Notes: generated by a model not told the origin, from the sequence alone. DNA of 50,397 bases from Flavobacterium sp. (GCF_044368625.1 NZ_JBIPPD010000001.1:1-50397); one strand, 5' to 3'. Positions 18,723-29,613 are shown, counted from the stretch's first letter. Numbers and translations are program-made.

Positions 18723-19091
18723 TTTTATAATTGATTATAAATTTAAAGCCGTAAAGTTACAAAGTTAGCTTGGGAAAGGGTTAAAAATACTGCGAAAATT
18801 AAGGAAGCTTTACCAGAAATTAAATATGTAAAAGTCTAACGACTTGTAAATCTTGCGTGTCCTGATTGCATTCGAGAGGCTTAAAGATTCAAGCTGTCAT
18901 TACGTTAAGTGGTTAGGTCGTCGTTACGACGTAGCTGTACCCGAGCACTTTGCTCTAATAGGCTAACAATCTCTTTTCGGGAGTAACTGACGAGATCCCT
19001 CTTTGGTTGGGATAACAAAATGAGCACGTTTTAAATGTATTGGACTTCTGTCCCAAAGGTGAAATTCTCTTGTAATCAAAACCCATTATGA

Positions 19092-19346
19092 TCAAGCGAT
19101 GTGTTTTTCGAAAAGTCTTTTAGCATCTTTAGCAGATACTTTTCCAACACATTCATTTTTGTGGATGCAAATGATGGGTGCTTGCTTGCACAATCCTTGA
19201 CATTTCATTTTTTGAACAGAAACGGTATCTTTTAATCCTGCTTCTTTGACTAAATCTTTGAAACATTCTTTGACTTCAGCATTGTATTTGCAACATTTTT
19301 TGCCGTCGCAAAATAAGATTACTTTTTCTTTATTTTTCTTGCCCAT
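19092..19346 (-). CDS. Thioredoxin-like [2Fe-2S] ferredoxin
   Basis: CDGKKCC and CQGLCKQAP motifs; start MGKKNK at 19346. Confidence 0.8.
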   Translation of the reverse strand: MGKKNKEKVILFCDGKKCCKYNAEVKECFKDLVKEAGLKDTVSVQKMKCQGLCKQAPIICIHKNECVGKVSAKDAKRLFEKHIA

Positions 19347-19382
19347 CCGAAATGAATTGAAGTTGTATAAATTATTGCGCAA

Positions 19383-19418
19383 CAAAAATACATTATTATT
19401 TTAATCTATTCTAAATAA
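19383..19418 (-). promoter_or_regulatory. Primary-sigma -7 box with adjacent imperfect palindrome (candidate Fur-type operator)
   Basis: Minus strand TTATTTAGAATAGATTAAAATAA (19418-19396), then TATTTTTG (19390-19383). Confidence 0.55.
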
Positions 19419-19584
19419 AGGATTAAATTTTAAGCTTTTATTGTGTACTTTACGTAATCGAAACAAAATTATCTTCGTACTGTTTACCCATTTACATACG
19501 GAAAATTAGGATTTACAGTTTTTTAGTGATTCTATAAATCCTAAAGATAATCCAGAAATTACGAATGAAGTCCGAAGATATTAA

Positions 19585-19666
19585 AATAGCCCCGTCCCTA
19601 AGCTTCGAGTACAATGAGAAATCCTATCGATTTTTTTTTCGCGAGATTGAAACGGAAGACGGGAAC
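19585..19666 (+). repeat. Degenerate structured intergenic repeat, Flavo-1-like
   Basis: CCCGTC 19591-96 pairs with GACGGG 19658-63; internal AATC..GATT and AACGGA, as in the 34483 element. Family name is from recall. Confidence 0.4.
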
Positions 19667-19760
19667 ATGGATTGAAAAAGAACCCAAGCGATGGGCACCA
19701 AATTCTAAATCAAGTGTTTGTTTATGAAGTGAGAAGTATTTGTTATATTCGCTTTAATAA

Positions 19761-20837
19761 ATGGGATGTATGAAAAACCGTAGATTGGCATGGGTTGTTT
19801 TCTTGGGAGTTCAAGTTATACTGGTTCAGCTTTTAGGATTTTTTCCAGAAATTGTGGAACGTTTTTACAGCAACGGTTTCTATCCAATTGCAAGTTCTTT
19901 TTCTCGAATTATTGTGGGTTGGATTCCGTTTTCGGTGGGTGATCTTATTTACTTTATTGTCGGGTTTATGCTATTGGTATGGGTGGTAAACTTGTTTCGG
20001 AAGCTTAAAAATTGGAAAATTATTTTGATAGAAATGAGTGCTGCGGTAAGTGTTTTTTACTTTTTATTTCACCTACTTTGGGCTTTTAATTACTACCGGC
20101 AACCGCTTTTTGACAAAATGAATATTGAAAAAGAGTACAGCGATGCCGACTTACTGACCTTTACCAAACAAATGATTGCACAAACCAATTCCATTCAAAT
20201 TGCAATTACAGATAACCCCAATGAAAAAGTAATTAATACTTTATCCCAATCAGAAATTTTTGACAAAAGTCTCGCTGGTTACCAAAAACTAGCAGAACGT
20301 CATCCGTTTTTTGCGTATCAAAATGCGAGCGTGAAAAAGTCATTAATTAGTTTACCCCTTTCGTACATGGGATTTTCGGGGTATTTAAATCCGTTTACGA
20401 ATGAAGCCCATGTCAACGTGCGTATTCCAATGATTAATTTTCCGTTTACCGCTTGCCACGAAATGGCGCATCAAATTGGATATGCATCAGAGAGTGAAGC
20501 CAATTTTATTGGTTTTTTGGCAGTTACCCAAAACGAAAATTTACATTTTAAATATGCAGGTTACAGTACTGCTTTGCGGTATTGTATTCGAAATTGGGAA
20601 AAGCGAAATCCAACTTTGGGTAGGAAATTATGGGCAGAAATCAATCCTGGAGTCCGTGAAAATTTTGAAGAATCGGTACTTCATTGGCAACAATATGAGA
20701 CGTTTGTGGAAGATGGTTTTAAAATTTTCTATGATAATTTCTTGAAAGTCAACCAGCAAGAAGAAGGTTTGGAAAGCTATAGTAAATTTTTAAATTTGCT
20801 TATTAATTACTCTAAAAACAATGCAATAACCTTTTAA
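19761..20837 (+). CDS. DUF3810 family putative zinc aminopeptidase-like membrane protein
   Basis: PFSVGD, WAFNYYR, GYLNPFTNEA and HEMAHQ (HExxH)..ESEANFIG motifs. Confidence 0.85.
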   Translation: MGCMKNRRLAWVVFLGVQVILVQLLGFFPEIVERFYSNGFYPIASSFSRIIVGWIPFSVGDLIYFIVGFMLLVWVVNLFRKLKNWKIILIEMSAAVSVFYFLFHLLWAFNYYRQPLFDKMNIEKEYSDADLLTFTKQMIAQTNSIQIAITDNPNEKVINTLSQSEIFDKSLAGYQKLAERHPFFAYQNASVKKSLISLPLSYMGFSGYLNPFTNEAHVNVRIPMINFPFTACHEMAHQIGYASESEANFIGFLAVTQNENLHFKYAGYSTALRYCIRNWEKRNPTLGRKLWAEINPGVRENFEESVLHWQQYETFVEDGFKIFYDNFLKVNQQEEGLESYSKFLNLLINYSKNNAITF

Positions 20838-20858
20838 AAATTGAAATTATAAAAATGC

Positions 20859-20885
20859 TGTAACAAAACGCAATGAAAAACTACT
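20859..20885 (+). promoter_or_regulatory. Putative autoregulatory ECF promoter
   Basis: TGTAAC-N16-CTACT immediately before the ECF sigma gene. Confidence 0.55.
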
Positions 20886-20894
20886 AATGGAACT

Positions 20895-21389
20895 ATGAGC
20901 GCTTCTTTAGAACAATCTTTTGTTAAACAATTACAGGAAAATCAGAATATCATCCACAAAATTTGTAGGTTGTATACTTCTGGTGACGACGAGCACAAGG
21001 ATTTGTTTCAAGAAATAACAATCCAATTGTGGAAGGCGTTTCCGAAATTTAGAGGCGAAAGTAAGTTTTCTACTTGGGCTTATCGTGTGGCTTTGAATAC
21101 AGCAATCACATTATATCGAAAAAGCAAGCGGTCGATTGCCACTACGGAATACGATACGACGAAACATTTTTTTAAATCAGAAGACTATAATTATGAAGAG
21201 GAAGAACAACTCAAGTTGCTGTACAAAGCAGTTTTTCAGTTAAATGATATTGAAAAAGCATTGGTTTATATGTATCTTGAGGATAAAAATTATGAAGAAA
21301 TTGCGGAAACTTTAGGAATTAGCGAGGTAAATGCACGAGTGAAAATGAACAGGATCAAAGGAAAGTTAAAGAAAATTTTAAATCCGTAA
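20895..21389 (+). CDS. ECF RNA polymerase sigma factor
   Basis: DLFQE, FSTWAYRVALN (region 2); YEEIAETLGISEVNARVKMNR (region 4). Confidence 0.95.
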   Translation: MSASLEQSFVKQLQENQNIIHKICRLYTSGDDEHKDLFQEITIQLWKAFPKFRGESKFSTWAYRVALNTAITLYRKSKRSIATTEYDTTKHFFKSEDYNYEEEEQLKLLYKAVFQLNDIEKALVYMYLEDKNYEEIAETLGISEVNARVKMNRIKGKLKKILNP

Positions 21390-21403
21390 GGACAAAAAAG
21401 TAT

Positions 21404-22045
21404 ATGGAAGAGTTAGATATTTTAAAGAAACATTGGAAAAAAGAAGAGGATTCCTTTCAGCAAGTTTCTGAAAAACAGATATATAAAATGATTCACAAGA
21501 ATTCAAGTTCGATTGTGAAATGGATTTTTATCATTAGTATTTTGGAATTTTTATTGTGGAGTGTGGTTTCCTTTTGTATGAAAGACGGCGAGGGCATGCG
21601 TCAATTTGATGCCTATCATGTGGATCATATCATGACACCGTATATGATTGTAGGTTATGTGGGGCAGGCTTATTTTTTCTTTCAGTTTTATATGAATTAC
21701 CGCAAAATTACAGCTACCGATAACATAAAAAAACTGATCAACACTATTTTAAAAACCCGCAAAAAAGTGTATCAATACGTTTGGTTCAACATCATTTATG
21801 CGGTATTGAATATTATTATTGTTTTGATTATTCAATTTAATTATGATGAGAGACTCATTGAGTTGATTAAAGTATCCGAAAAAAGCAATAAAGCGATGTT
21901 GATTTATGGTATTTATACTGGCATAACCATTTTGTTTTTAGCGGTATTTATTGGTTTGATTTGGATATTTTACCGAGTAGTTTACGGTATTTTATTACGA
22001 CGTTTGTATAAAAACTACGAGGAATTAAAGAAAATTGATTATTAA
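21404..22045 (+). CDS. 4-TM membrane protein, probable anti-sigma factor
   Basis: MEELDILKKHWK N-terminus plus four TM segments, directly after the ECF gene. Confidence 0.65.
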   Translation: MEELDILKKHWKKEEDSFQQVSEKQIYKMIHKNSSSIVKWIFIISILEFLLWSVVSFCMKDGEGMRQFDAYHVDHIMTPYMIVGYVGQAYFFFQFYMNYRKITATDNIKKLINTILKTRKKVYQYVWFNIIYAVLNIIIVLIIQFNYDERLIELIKVSEKSNKAMLIYGIYTGITILFLAVFIGLIWIFYRVVYGILLRRLYKNYEELKKIDY

Positions 22046-22075
22046 ATCTTATTTTTTACAATAAAATTACATTAC

Positions 22076-22924
22076 ATGAAACATTTATTTTTACTAACGT
22101 CATTACTGATTTCTACTATTACTTTTTCTCAAAATGAAAACTCACTTTTGTACCGAATTTCAGGTAACGGTATTACAAAACCTTCTTATTTATTTGGAAC
22201 CATTCACATCAGTTGTGAAGCCAAAATAAATACAGAACTAAAAAATGCTTTGGATGCAACCACCCAAATGTATCTCGAATTGGATATGGATGATCCCGAA
22301 TTACAAACCAAAATGGCCGCAAACGTTCATATGAAAGATGGTGCGACAATTAGTTCATTTCTTTCTGCTGAAGATTACCAACTTTTAGACAGTTACCTGA
22401 AAGAAAAGTTAAATGTTTCGGCAAAAGCTTTTAATACGTACAAACCATTTTTTTTAAGCTCTTTCTTTCTAAGTTCCCTTTTGGAATGTGCGCCTCAGTC
22501 GTTTGAAAGCGAATTGGTCAAAATTTCAGCTATGCAAAAAGAGCCGGTATTTGGATTAGAAACCGTAGAAGAACAAATGGATATTTTTGATCAAATTCCG
22601 TATCAATTGCAAGCAGAAGAGTTAATAAAATCCATCCGAGCTGACTTTAAATCGGATAAAGAAGAACTTAATGCGTTACTAAAGGCCTACACACTCAAAG
22701 ATCTAAACGAAATGCAAGTACTTTTCAAAAAAAGCGACAATAAATTAATGAGTGATTACGAAGATTTGCTTCTAGTTAAACGAAACAAAAATTGGATTGG
22801 ATTAATTGAGCGAATAAGTAAAGACCAACCCACATTTTTTGGTGTTGGAGCAGCACATTTAATTGGTGATGAAGGAGTTGTAAATTTACTTCGAAGAAAT
22901 GGATATTTAGTGGAGGCGCTATAA
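22076..22924 (+). CDS. TraB/GumN family protein
   Basis: Signal peptide; SYLFGTIH, GLETVEEQ, RNKNW and GVGAAHL motifs. Confidence 0.9.
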   Translation: MKHLFLLTSLLISTITFSQNENSLLYRISGNGITKPSYLFGTIHISCEAKINTELKNALDATTQMYLELDMDDPELQTKMAANVHMKDGATISSFLSAEDYQLLDSYLKEKLNVSAKAFNTYKPFFLSSFFLSSLLECAPQSFESELVKISAMQKEPVFGLETVEEQMDIFDQIPYQLQAEELIKSIRADFKSDKEELNALLKAYTLKDLNEMQVLFKKSDNKLMSDYEDLLLVKRNKNWIGLIERISKDQPTFFGVGAAHLIGDEGVVNLLRRNGYLVEAL

Positions 22925-22927
22925 CTT

Positions 22928-23740
22928 CTAATCTTCCTTGTAACTGAAACGCCGTTTTTCATTCAGTTGTTCCGCTTCTTCTTGAATTTGAGGCGGAATA
23001 ACTTTTAAAAACGATGGATGTTGTTCGATTGCAAATTCTATTTTTTCTACAATTTTTTCAATGGTATCGTTTTCATAATCAATAAGCAACGGCTCTTTGA
23101 TTATAAATGATTGAAGAATTCCTTTCTTTTTTAATCGCAACCCTTTTTTATCAAAAGAACGTCGAAAACCGTCAATGACAATGGGAATAACAATTGGTTT
23201 GTGGGTTTTTATGATATGAGCGGTCCCTTTTCGAACCGGTTTAAACGATTTTGTTGTGCCTTGCGGAAAGGTGATTACCCAACCGTCTTCTAACGCTATT
23301 TTAATATTTTCGGTATCGTTTGGGTTGACTTCGCGCTGTATATCTTTTCCTTCCGCTCGCCAAGTTCGCTCAACCGTTATCGCTCCAGCGTAGGCCATAA
23401 TTCGAGGTAAAAGACCCGCTTTCATCGTTTCTTTTGCAGCTACATAATAAATATTGAGTTTCGGATTCCACAGATATCCGATGTTTTTTATGCTATCCAC
23501 GCGACCACTCAAACTGGCATTAAAAACGTGAAACATCGCCACGACGTCGGCAAAATACGTTTGGTGATTAGAAATAAAAAGTACATTGGTATGAGGTAAA
23601 TTTTTGATAATCTCCGATCCCTCAATTTGAAGCTCATTAAAACCGCGGTACCGTCTGTGCGTTAAAGCACCTAAGATACGAATGAGCCATTTTTTAAGAA
23701 AAAGCAAGTGACCAAAAGGACTTCGTTTAAACCATCCCAT
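22928..23740 (-). CDS. Lysophospholipid acyltransferase (PlsC family)
   Basis: NHQTYFAD and FPQGT motifs; start MGWFKR. Confidence 0.85.
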   Translation of the reverse strand: MGWFKRSPFGHLLFLKKWLIRILGALTHRRYRGFNELQIEGSEIIKNLPHTNVLFISNHQTYFADVVAMFHVFNASLSGRVDSIKNIGYLWNPKLNIYYVAAKETMKAGLLPRIMAYAGAITVERTWRAEGKDIQREVNPNDTENIKIALEDGWVITFPQGTTKSFKPVRKGTAHIIKTHKPIVIPIVIDGFRRSFDKKGLRLKKKGILQSFIIKEPLLIDYENDTIEKIVEKIEFAIEQHPSFLKVIPPQIQEEAEQLNEKRRFSYKED

Positions 23741-23790
23741 AGCGGAAATTTCGTTAGAAAATAAGTTACAAACATACGAAAACATTCGAT

Positions 23791-24429
23791 TTACAACACC
23801 TTTTTTAGTACTTCTTTAAGTTCATTCAACATCATTCCCGTTGCACCCCAAACAACATTTTCGCCGAATTTAAAAACGGGAATTTCAATTTCTTTCATAT
23901 AAGAGGTTTCCAAAATCTGGGTGGTAAAGTTATTCTCGTCCAAAAGATCAACTATTGGTAATTCGATAATTCCAGAAACTTCTCTTGGATCGGGAATGAA
24001 AGTTAATTCACTTTCACTGTAACCTAGAAACGGTAAAACAGAAAAATTACTTGGCGGAATGTATATTTCTGAAAATGCTTTTACAACTGAAATGTGGTCG
24101 GGCGAGATTCCTATTTCTTCGTGTGTTTCGCGCAAAGCGGTGGCTTCCCTACTTGTATCGTACACTTCAACTTTTCCTCCAGGAAATCCTATTTGAGACG
24201 AATGAACACCATTGTAGGTATTTCTGAGAATTAATACCAAATGCGTTTGGAGATTTTTTGGATAAAAGAGCATCAAAACCGCTGCTTTTCTTGGGTTTAA
24301 AGTGGCAGGATTGTTTAGCTTTAAAAATTGCAATCGCTCGGGAGGCGACATTTTCTGGTGTGCTTGTTCGCCCAACAAATTTTCTTTTGCTACTTTTGGC
24401 ATGTATTTGAGAAAATCAGTGAAAATCAT
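23791..24429 (-). CDS. Nudix hydrolase, CoA pyrophosphatase type
   Basis: HSSQIGFPGGK..ALRETHEEIGI Nudix box; VWGATG. Confidence 0.9.
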   Translation of the reverse strand: MIFTDFLKYMPKVAKENLLGEQAHQKMSPPERLQFLKLNNPATLNPRKAAVLMLFYPKNLQTHLVLILRNTYNGVHSSQIGFPGGKVEVYDTSREATALRETHEEIGISPDHISVVKAFSEIYIPPSNFSVLPFLGYSESELTFIPDPREVSGIIELPIVDLLDENNFTTQILETSYMKEIEIPVFKFGENVVWGATGMMLNELKEVLKKVL

Positions 24430-24486
24430 ATTGCTGTTTTTTAAAAATCTAAAGTACAAAAATTCCTTCATTTAGCATTCCAAATT

Positions 24487-24930
24487 ATGTTTAGTAAAGC
24501 CGATTCACAAAAAATAAAAAGAGAATTCTGGATAGAATTTGCCACCGTTTATCCTCGAAAATGGTTGCTGTACGATACCAAGATTAGGGATTTTTCGTTC
24601 AAGTTTTACGTAGACAATAAAAAAGCCCAAATCACTCTGGACATCGAACCCAAAGACGAAGAAAAACGAAAAATTTATTTTGAAAAAATAGAATCGTTGA
24701 AGCAAATCTTGCTAGATGAATTTCTGCCTGATGCAGTTTTAGAGCGGCATTTTCACTTAGAAACAGGAAAAGTGATCAGTAAAATTTGGGTCGAAAAATC
24801 AGGTATCAGTGTTTTTAATAAAGAGACTTGGCCCGAAATATTTGACTTTTTCTATGAAAAAATGGATGCTTTTGAACGGTTTTTTTATGAATACAGGGAT
24901 TATATAGAAGACTTGGAAATGAATGTTTAA
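24487..24930 (+). CDS. DUF4268-like conserved protein
   Basis: EFW..F..KWLLYDTKI.DFSFKF pattern. Confidence 0.7.
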   Translation: MFSKADSQKIKREFWIEFATVYPRKWLLYDTKIRDFSFKFYVDNKKAQITLDIEPKDEEKRKIYFEKIESLKQILLDEFLPDAVLERHFHLETGKVISKIWVEKSGISVFNKETWPEIFDFFYEKMDAFERFFYEYRDYIEDLEMNV

Positions 24931-24957
24931 AACTTTCGTTTCTAAAATTTTTAGCAT

Positions 24958-24991
24958 AAAAAAGGCATTTCCTAAGTTGAAAATGCCTTTT
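24958..24991. terminator. Bidirectional intrinsic terminator
   Basis: AAAAGGCATTT / AAATGCCTTTT stem between convergent genes. Confidence 0.85.
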
Positions 24992-25012
24992 GTAGAAACT
25001 TGCTATATCGAA

Positions 25013-26677
25013 TTAATGACTTCCCTCCGCCTCTATGGCATCTACATCAATATTTTGTTTTTTCAAGATTCCTTTTACTGCAAAGCCGTAAAAAGCGATA
25101 TAAGCAAAACAAAGCACCGGTATAAAGTAGGACTCATGAATACCAATAACATCTGAAATTTTTCCTTGAAGAGGAGGGATTATTCCTCCACCTAAAATCA
25201 TCATCACCAAGAATGCCGAACCCTGAGAAGTATATTTTCCTAAACCTGTAATTCCTAAAGCAAAAATTGCAGGCCACATGATGCTGCAAAATAAACCACC
25301 ACTCATAAAGGCGTAAATTGCCACTGTTCCCGTAGAAAATAAACCAATTATCATTGCAATCATTCCGAAAAGGCCAAAAATCAATAATGTTTTTGCCGGT
25401 TTATCTTGACCCAGAAAAAATCCAGTAATTTGTACTGCAACAACTACAGCATAGGCATATAACGGTGTTATATCTTGTCCTGAAATAAAGTTTACAAAAA
25501 GTACCACACCAAATGCGATATAAGGAACTATAATTAACAAAATTTTTCTTGCACTGTTTGATGGATTAAATACCGAAATAGCTCCAGCCCATCTACCAAT
25601 CATCAAACTTCCCCAGTACATGGAAATATATGGAGCAATAGCAGCGCCAGTAATCCCACCAAAAGCAGGAGTTCCTAACAATTCGGCCAAATTACTTTGG
25701 ATGGTTACTTCTACTCCAACGTATGTAAAGAGGGCCAACATTCCCAAAACCAATTGTGGATATCGCATAGCTCCCCAACCTTCTGGTGCTTTTTTTGCAG
25801 CAATATTTGCAAAAAGTAATCCAAAAACAATAACCAATAAAGACATTATTGTTAAGGTTAAACCTAAATAATCTATTTCTTTATTTTCAATAAAACGTCT
25901 GATAAACTCTGGATCTTCATAGCGAGAAAAAATATACCCAAAAATAACAACCAAAGCCAACGTTATAGTTATTAAAATATTTCTTGCTTTATTGGCAGGT
26001 TCAAAAACAGATTCACTTTTTCCTGCTGGTAATTTTTTAGAAAACATGAATAAGGCTGCTGCAATTAAGAACAAGCCACCAACTGCCATATAAAGAATTT
26101 CCATTTTATCCAGAGAATCTGCTTTTTTAGCAAACTCCTCTAAATTTACTCCCGCAATTACTCCAAAAAGTGCTATTGAAACCACAATTGGACCTATTGT
26201 AGTTCCGAATGAATTTACACCTCCTGCCAAATTCAACCGATTAGAAGCTGTTTGTGGCGATCCGAGTGAAGCCACAAATGGCTGTGCAGAAGTTTGTTGT
26301 AAAGAAAATCCTAATGCTACTATAAATAAGGCTCCTAAAATTAATGCATAACTGCCTTGTGTAACTGCATAAATCATAAATGCAGCACCAAATGCACTCA
26401 CTATCAATCCATTAATAATCCCTTTTTTAAATCCCCAAGAATTCAAAATGTCTTTTTGGGCCACTCCACTCAAAATAAAAAGCAACAAAGCTCCAATATA
26501 ATAGGCGCCATAAAACGCAAAATCGATGAGCTGACTTTGAAATTGATCAAGTCCAAACTTGATTTTACAAAAAGGGATGAAAACTCCGTTGGAAGCTCCA
26601 ATAAAACCCCAAAAGAAAAAAACTGTAATTAGCGTGTAAAGTGCTGAATTGTTTGAATTGGTTTGTTTTGTATTCAT
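25013..26677 (-). CDS. MFS glucose/galactose/fucose (FHS family) transporter
   Basis: [30 protein letters not shown] and [10 protein letters not shown] motifs. Confidence 0.9.
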   Translation of the reverse strand: MNTKQTNSNNSALYTLITVFFFWGFIGASNGVFIPFCKIKFGLDQFQSQLIDFAFYGAYYIGALLLFILSGVAQKDILNSWGFKKGIINGLIVSAFGAAFMIYAVTQGSYALILGALFIVALGFSLQQTSAQPFVASLGSPQTASNRLNLAGGVNSFGTTIGPIVVSIALFGVIAGVNLEEFAKKADSLDKMEILYMAVGGLFLIAAALFMFSKKLPAGKSESVFEPANKARNILITITLALVVIFGYIFSRYEDPEFIRRFIENKEIDYLGLTLTIMSLLVIVFGLLFANIAAKKAPEGWGAMRYPQLVLGMLALFTYVGVEVTIQSNLAELLGTPAFGGITGAAIAPYISMYWGSLMIGRWAGAISVFNPSNSARKILLIIVPYIAFGVVLFVNFISGQDITPLYAYAVVVAVQITGFFLGQDKPAKTLLIFGLFGMIAMIIGLFSTGTVAIYAFMSGGLFCSIMWPAIFALGITGLGKYTSQGSAFLVMMILGGGIIPPLQGKISDVIGIHESYFIPVLCFAYIAFYGFAVKGILKKQNIDVDAIEAEGSH

Positions 26678-26886
26678 AAATTAAGGTAAGGTAAAAAGAT
26701 TAGTTCGTAAAAATAGTGACCGAACTCTTACAATAAAGCAGGAATTCTTTCAAATTTTTTATAAATATCAATGATAATTACCTATTGCACAAATGAATTT
26801 GAATTTATTTTCAACGAAAACGATTTCGTTAATAATTTTTAAAAAAAGTGCAAATCTAAAAACAAAAAAAACCTGAATTGAAACAA

Positions 26887-28095
26887 TTACAACTGCTTCT
26901 CGAAGACATAATCCTGCAAATAACTGAATCTATCTGTAAGCTGGCCTTTATTGGTAATTTGAGCACGTTGCAAAATTCCGTCTTTATCATTGTTGAAAAA
27001 AGCAGGGATTACATGTGTCATAAACATTTCTCCAAAACCTTCGCTGGCGTCTTTTGGTAATTCACATGGCAAATTATCAATGGACATTACCGCAATCGAA
27101 CCCGGGTGAAAAACATCCACTTCCTTCTCTTCGCTTGGCAAATATCCAAAAATAGGATCGGCAATGGTAGATGCTTTAATTGTACAAGCAATTGGACCGT
27201 TTACATCGCAGGAAATATCAGCCACAACTTTGATTCTGTTTTTTACCGATTTCAGCATGTCGTTGGTCAAAATATACGGAGCATTTGTGCCGTAAAAATG
27301 AGCCGCCATAAAAATATCAGCCGCTTGGGCATACTTTTCAAAATCCGAAACAAAGTCGGTTGGGCTTTTATAAAAGACTGATTTTACAAATGCACCACCA
27401 TCTTTCCGTTTGTAATAATCGTTGACTTCAATTTGTGTGTAAACTGGAGAATCATAGGTTTTAGACAGAAAATCAGCAGGAGCCACTTCTTTCATTTTCA
27501 TCGCATCTAAAATTTCTTTTACTCCTTTACCTGCTTTTCCACTTCCTGTAACAACGATTTTAATAGGTGGAAGTATTAATCGCTTTAATTTTTCAACTAA
27601 AACGGCTTTCCCATTCAAGGTTTCTGCTTTAGGCAATTGGAACAAATCGTATTTTATTCCGAAGGCTCGAATACCATTGTAAGCACCTACATTTCCAGCG
27701 TATCGGCCAAAACCTATCAGTCGATTATTATCTTGATTCACAATTGTTTCGTGATCGTACAAGTCGATATTTTTTTCCAAAACCGCCTGTAAAAGTCCTT
27801 TATTGTGGGGTTGTTTCTTTATGGTATGCGAAAAAAAGAAATATTTTTTATTAGGAATTAATGCCGAAATGGGTACTTCTTTTACGCCAAAAAGAACGTC
27901 GCAGTCGCTTACATCAGTTGTGAGTTCAAATCCCATATTTTCGTATTCTTCGTCTTTAAAAACGCGAATATCAGAACGTTCTACTACAATTTCTGCTTCT
28001 GGATACTTTTCTTTAAAACGCAGTAACTCAGAGGGTGTAAAAACTACACGACGATCAGGGGGATTTTTTCGTTCTTTAAGTATTCCGAATTTCAT
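26887..28095 (-). CDS. NAD(P)-dependent oxidoreductase, AlaDH/PNT-saccharopine dehydrogenase fold
   Basis: GVKEVP, FFSHTIKKQ, FGRYAG, DISCD and IDNLPCELP motifs. Confidence 0.85.
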   Translation of the reverse strand: MKFGILKERKNPPDRRVVFTPSELLRFKEKYPEAEIVVERSDIRVFKDEEYENMGFELTTDVSDCDVLFGVKEVPISALIPNKKYFFFSHTIKKQPHNKGLLQAVLEKNIDLYDHETIVNQDNNRLIGFGRYAGNVGAYNGIRAFGIKYDLFQLPKAETLNGKAVLVEKLKRLILPPIKIVVTGSGKAGKGVKEILDAMKMKEVAPADFLSKTYDSPVYTQIEVNDYYKRKDGGAFVKSVFYKSPTDFVSDFEKYAQAADIFMAAHFYGTNAPYILTNDMLKSVKNRIKVVADISCDVNGPIACTIKASTIADPIFGYLPSEEKEVDVFHPGSIAVMSIDNLPCELPKDASEGFGEMFMTHVIPAFFNNDKDGILQRAQITNKGQLTDRFSYLQDYVFEKQL

Positions 28096-28394
28096 TTTGG
28101 TAGGATTTAATGCACTATTAAGTGACTGGAAATTAGTAAAATAAACACAAAAAAGTAAAAATATAAATACTTTTTCACTAACAAGACAATTAATGTTGCG
28201 AATATAACTATTTTATAAAGTGTTTGCAAATAATTTCCGTTGAAATAAATGGTGGGTTTTCAATTGTATTTCGTTACATCCTGATGTTCAAAAATTTAAA
28301 ACATTTAACACCTCGATAGTCGTAATGTTTCATAAAATGATTGAAGAAAAAGTAAGAGAATATTTATATTTGCCTTTTTTGCCTATTTTCCCCA

Positions 28395-29600
28395 ATGAAA
28401 AAATTGATTTCCTTACCCTTTAGCGCTTTGCTTGTGTTGCTTTTTTCTTTAAATGCTTGTAAAAAAGATGACAAATCTACTACAGCAGCTACTGAAACTG
28501 TACAAGATACTTTTCCGCACATTCGTCCCAATACCAATAAACAAAAAAAATTGGCACCTGATTATATTGCTGAAAACAGGCGAAAAATTGAACTTTTTTA
28601 CCAAAAATATTGGGACAAAAACGAAGTCAGTGGTGGATTATTAGTCGCCAAAAACGGTCAAATTATTTTCGAACGCTACTCTGGTTACAGTAATTTTGAT
28701 ACCAAAAAAGAAATTGATGTCAACACACCTATCCACTTGGCCTCTGTTACAAAACGAATTACGGCGGCTGCAATAATGGTTTTAGTACATGCTGAAAAAC
28801 TAGAACTCGATCAAAAAGTGAAAACCATTTTGCCCACTTTCCCATATCCAAACATCACTGTCCGAACCTTATTGAATCACCGGAGCGGTTTGACCAATTA
28901 TACCTATTTTTTTGACGATCGGAAAGTATGGAATCATCAGAAACAAGTCACCAACCAAGATATATTGGATGTTTTTGTAAAATTTGAAGCACCGCTTGAT
29001 TTTAAAACCGATAAACATTTTGCGTATTGCAATACCAACTATGCGATGTTGGCCTTGATTATCGAAAAAATAACGGGATTGAACTACCGAGATGCTATGA
29101 AAAAAATTATTTTTGAGCCTTTAAAAATGGACCAGACTTTTGTAATTGACTACGAAAAAGAGTACAGAAATGAAAGTCAGTCGTACAAAGGGAAGTACCG
29201 ATTTCATGAATTGAACCTTTTAGAAACGGTTTATGGCGATAAAAACATTTACTCAACGCCTCGCGATTTATTAAAATTTCATCAAGCGGTAGCATCAAAA
29301 GACTATCTGTCACCCAAATTAAATTCTGAGGTTTTCAAGGGATACAGTTACGAACGAAAAGGAACGCGAAATTACGGTTTAGGCATTCGAATGATGGAAT
29401 GGAACGATGGCAAACAATTATTTTACCACAACGGTTGGTGGCATGGAAACACCTCTTCCTACGTCGATTTGAGAGATGAAAATGTGGTAATCATTGCTTT
29501 ATCAAATAAATACACAACGATGACGTACAAGTCGATTTATTTAGCCACTTTATTCGGCGATTATCCTTTAAAATTAAAAAAAGACGAATTGGGCTTTTAA
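28395..29600 (+). CDS. Serine hydrolase/beta-lactamase-family lipoprotein (PBP-like)
   Basis: Lipobox LNAC; SVTK (SxxK), LLNHRSGL, YCN and HNG motifs. Confidence 0.9.
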   Translation: MKKLISLPFSALLVLLFSLNACKKDDKSTTAATETVQDTFPHIRPNTNKQKKLAPDYIAENRRKIELFYQKYWDKNEVSGGLLVAKNGQIIFERYSGYSNFDTKKEIDVNTPIHLASVTKRITAAAIMVLVHAEKLELDQKVKTILPTFPYPNITVRTLLNHRSGLTNYTYFFDDRKVWNHQKQVTNQDILDVFVKFEAPLDFKTDKHFAYCNTNYAMLALIIEKITGLNYRDAMKKIIFEPLKMDQTFVIDYEKEYRNESQSYKGKYRFHELNLLETVYGDKNIYSTPRDLLKFHQAVASKDYLSPKLNSEVFKGYSYERKGTRNYGLGIRMMEWNDGKQLFYHNGWWHGNTSSYVDLRDENVVIIALSNKYTTMTYKSIYLATLFGDYPLKLKKDELGF

Positions 29601-29613
29601 TAAAATTAAATTG

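Noticed and set aside
18953-18981. Third copy of the GAAAAG..AGTAGG leader motif
   Set aside because: Shares CTCTAATAG and CTTTTCGGG but lacks AGTA and the closing stem, and is not ~20 nt from a start codon.
28395-29600. Antibiotic-resistance beta-lactamase
   Set aside because: SxxK/YxN/HxG lipoproteins of this type are common chromosomal serine hydrolases; no mobile context.
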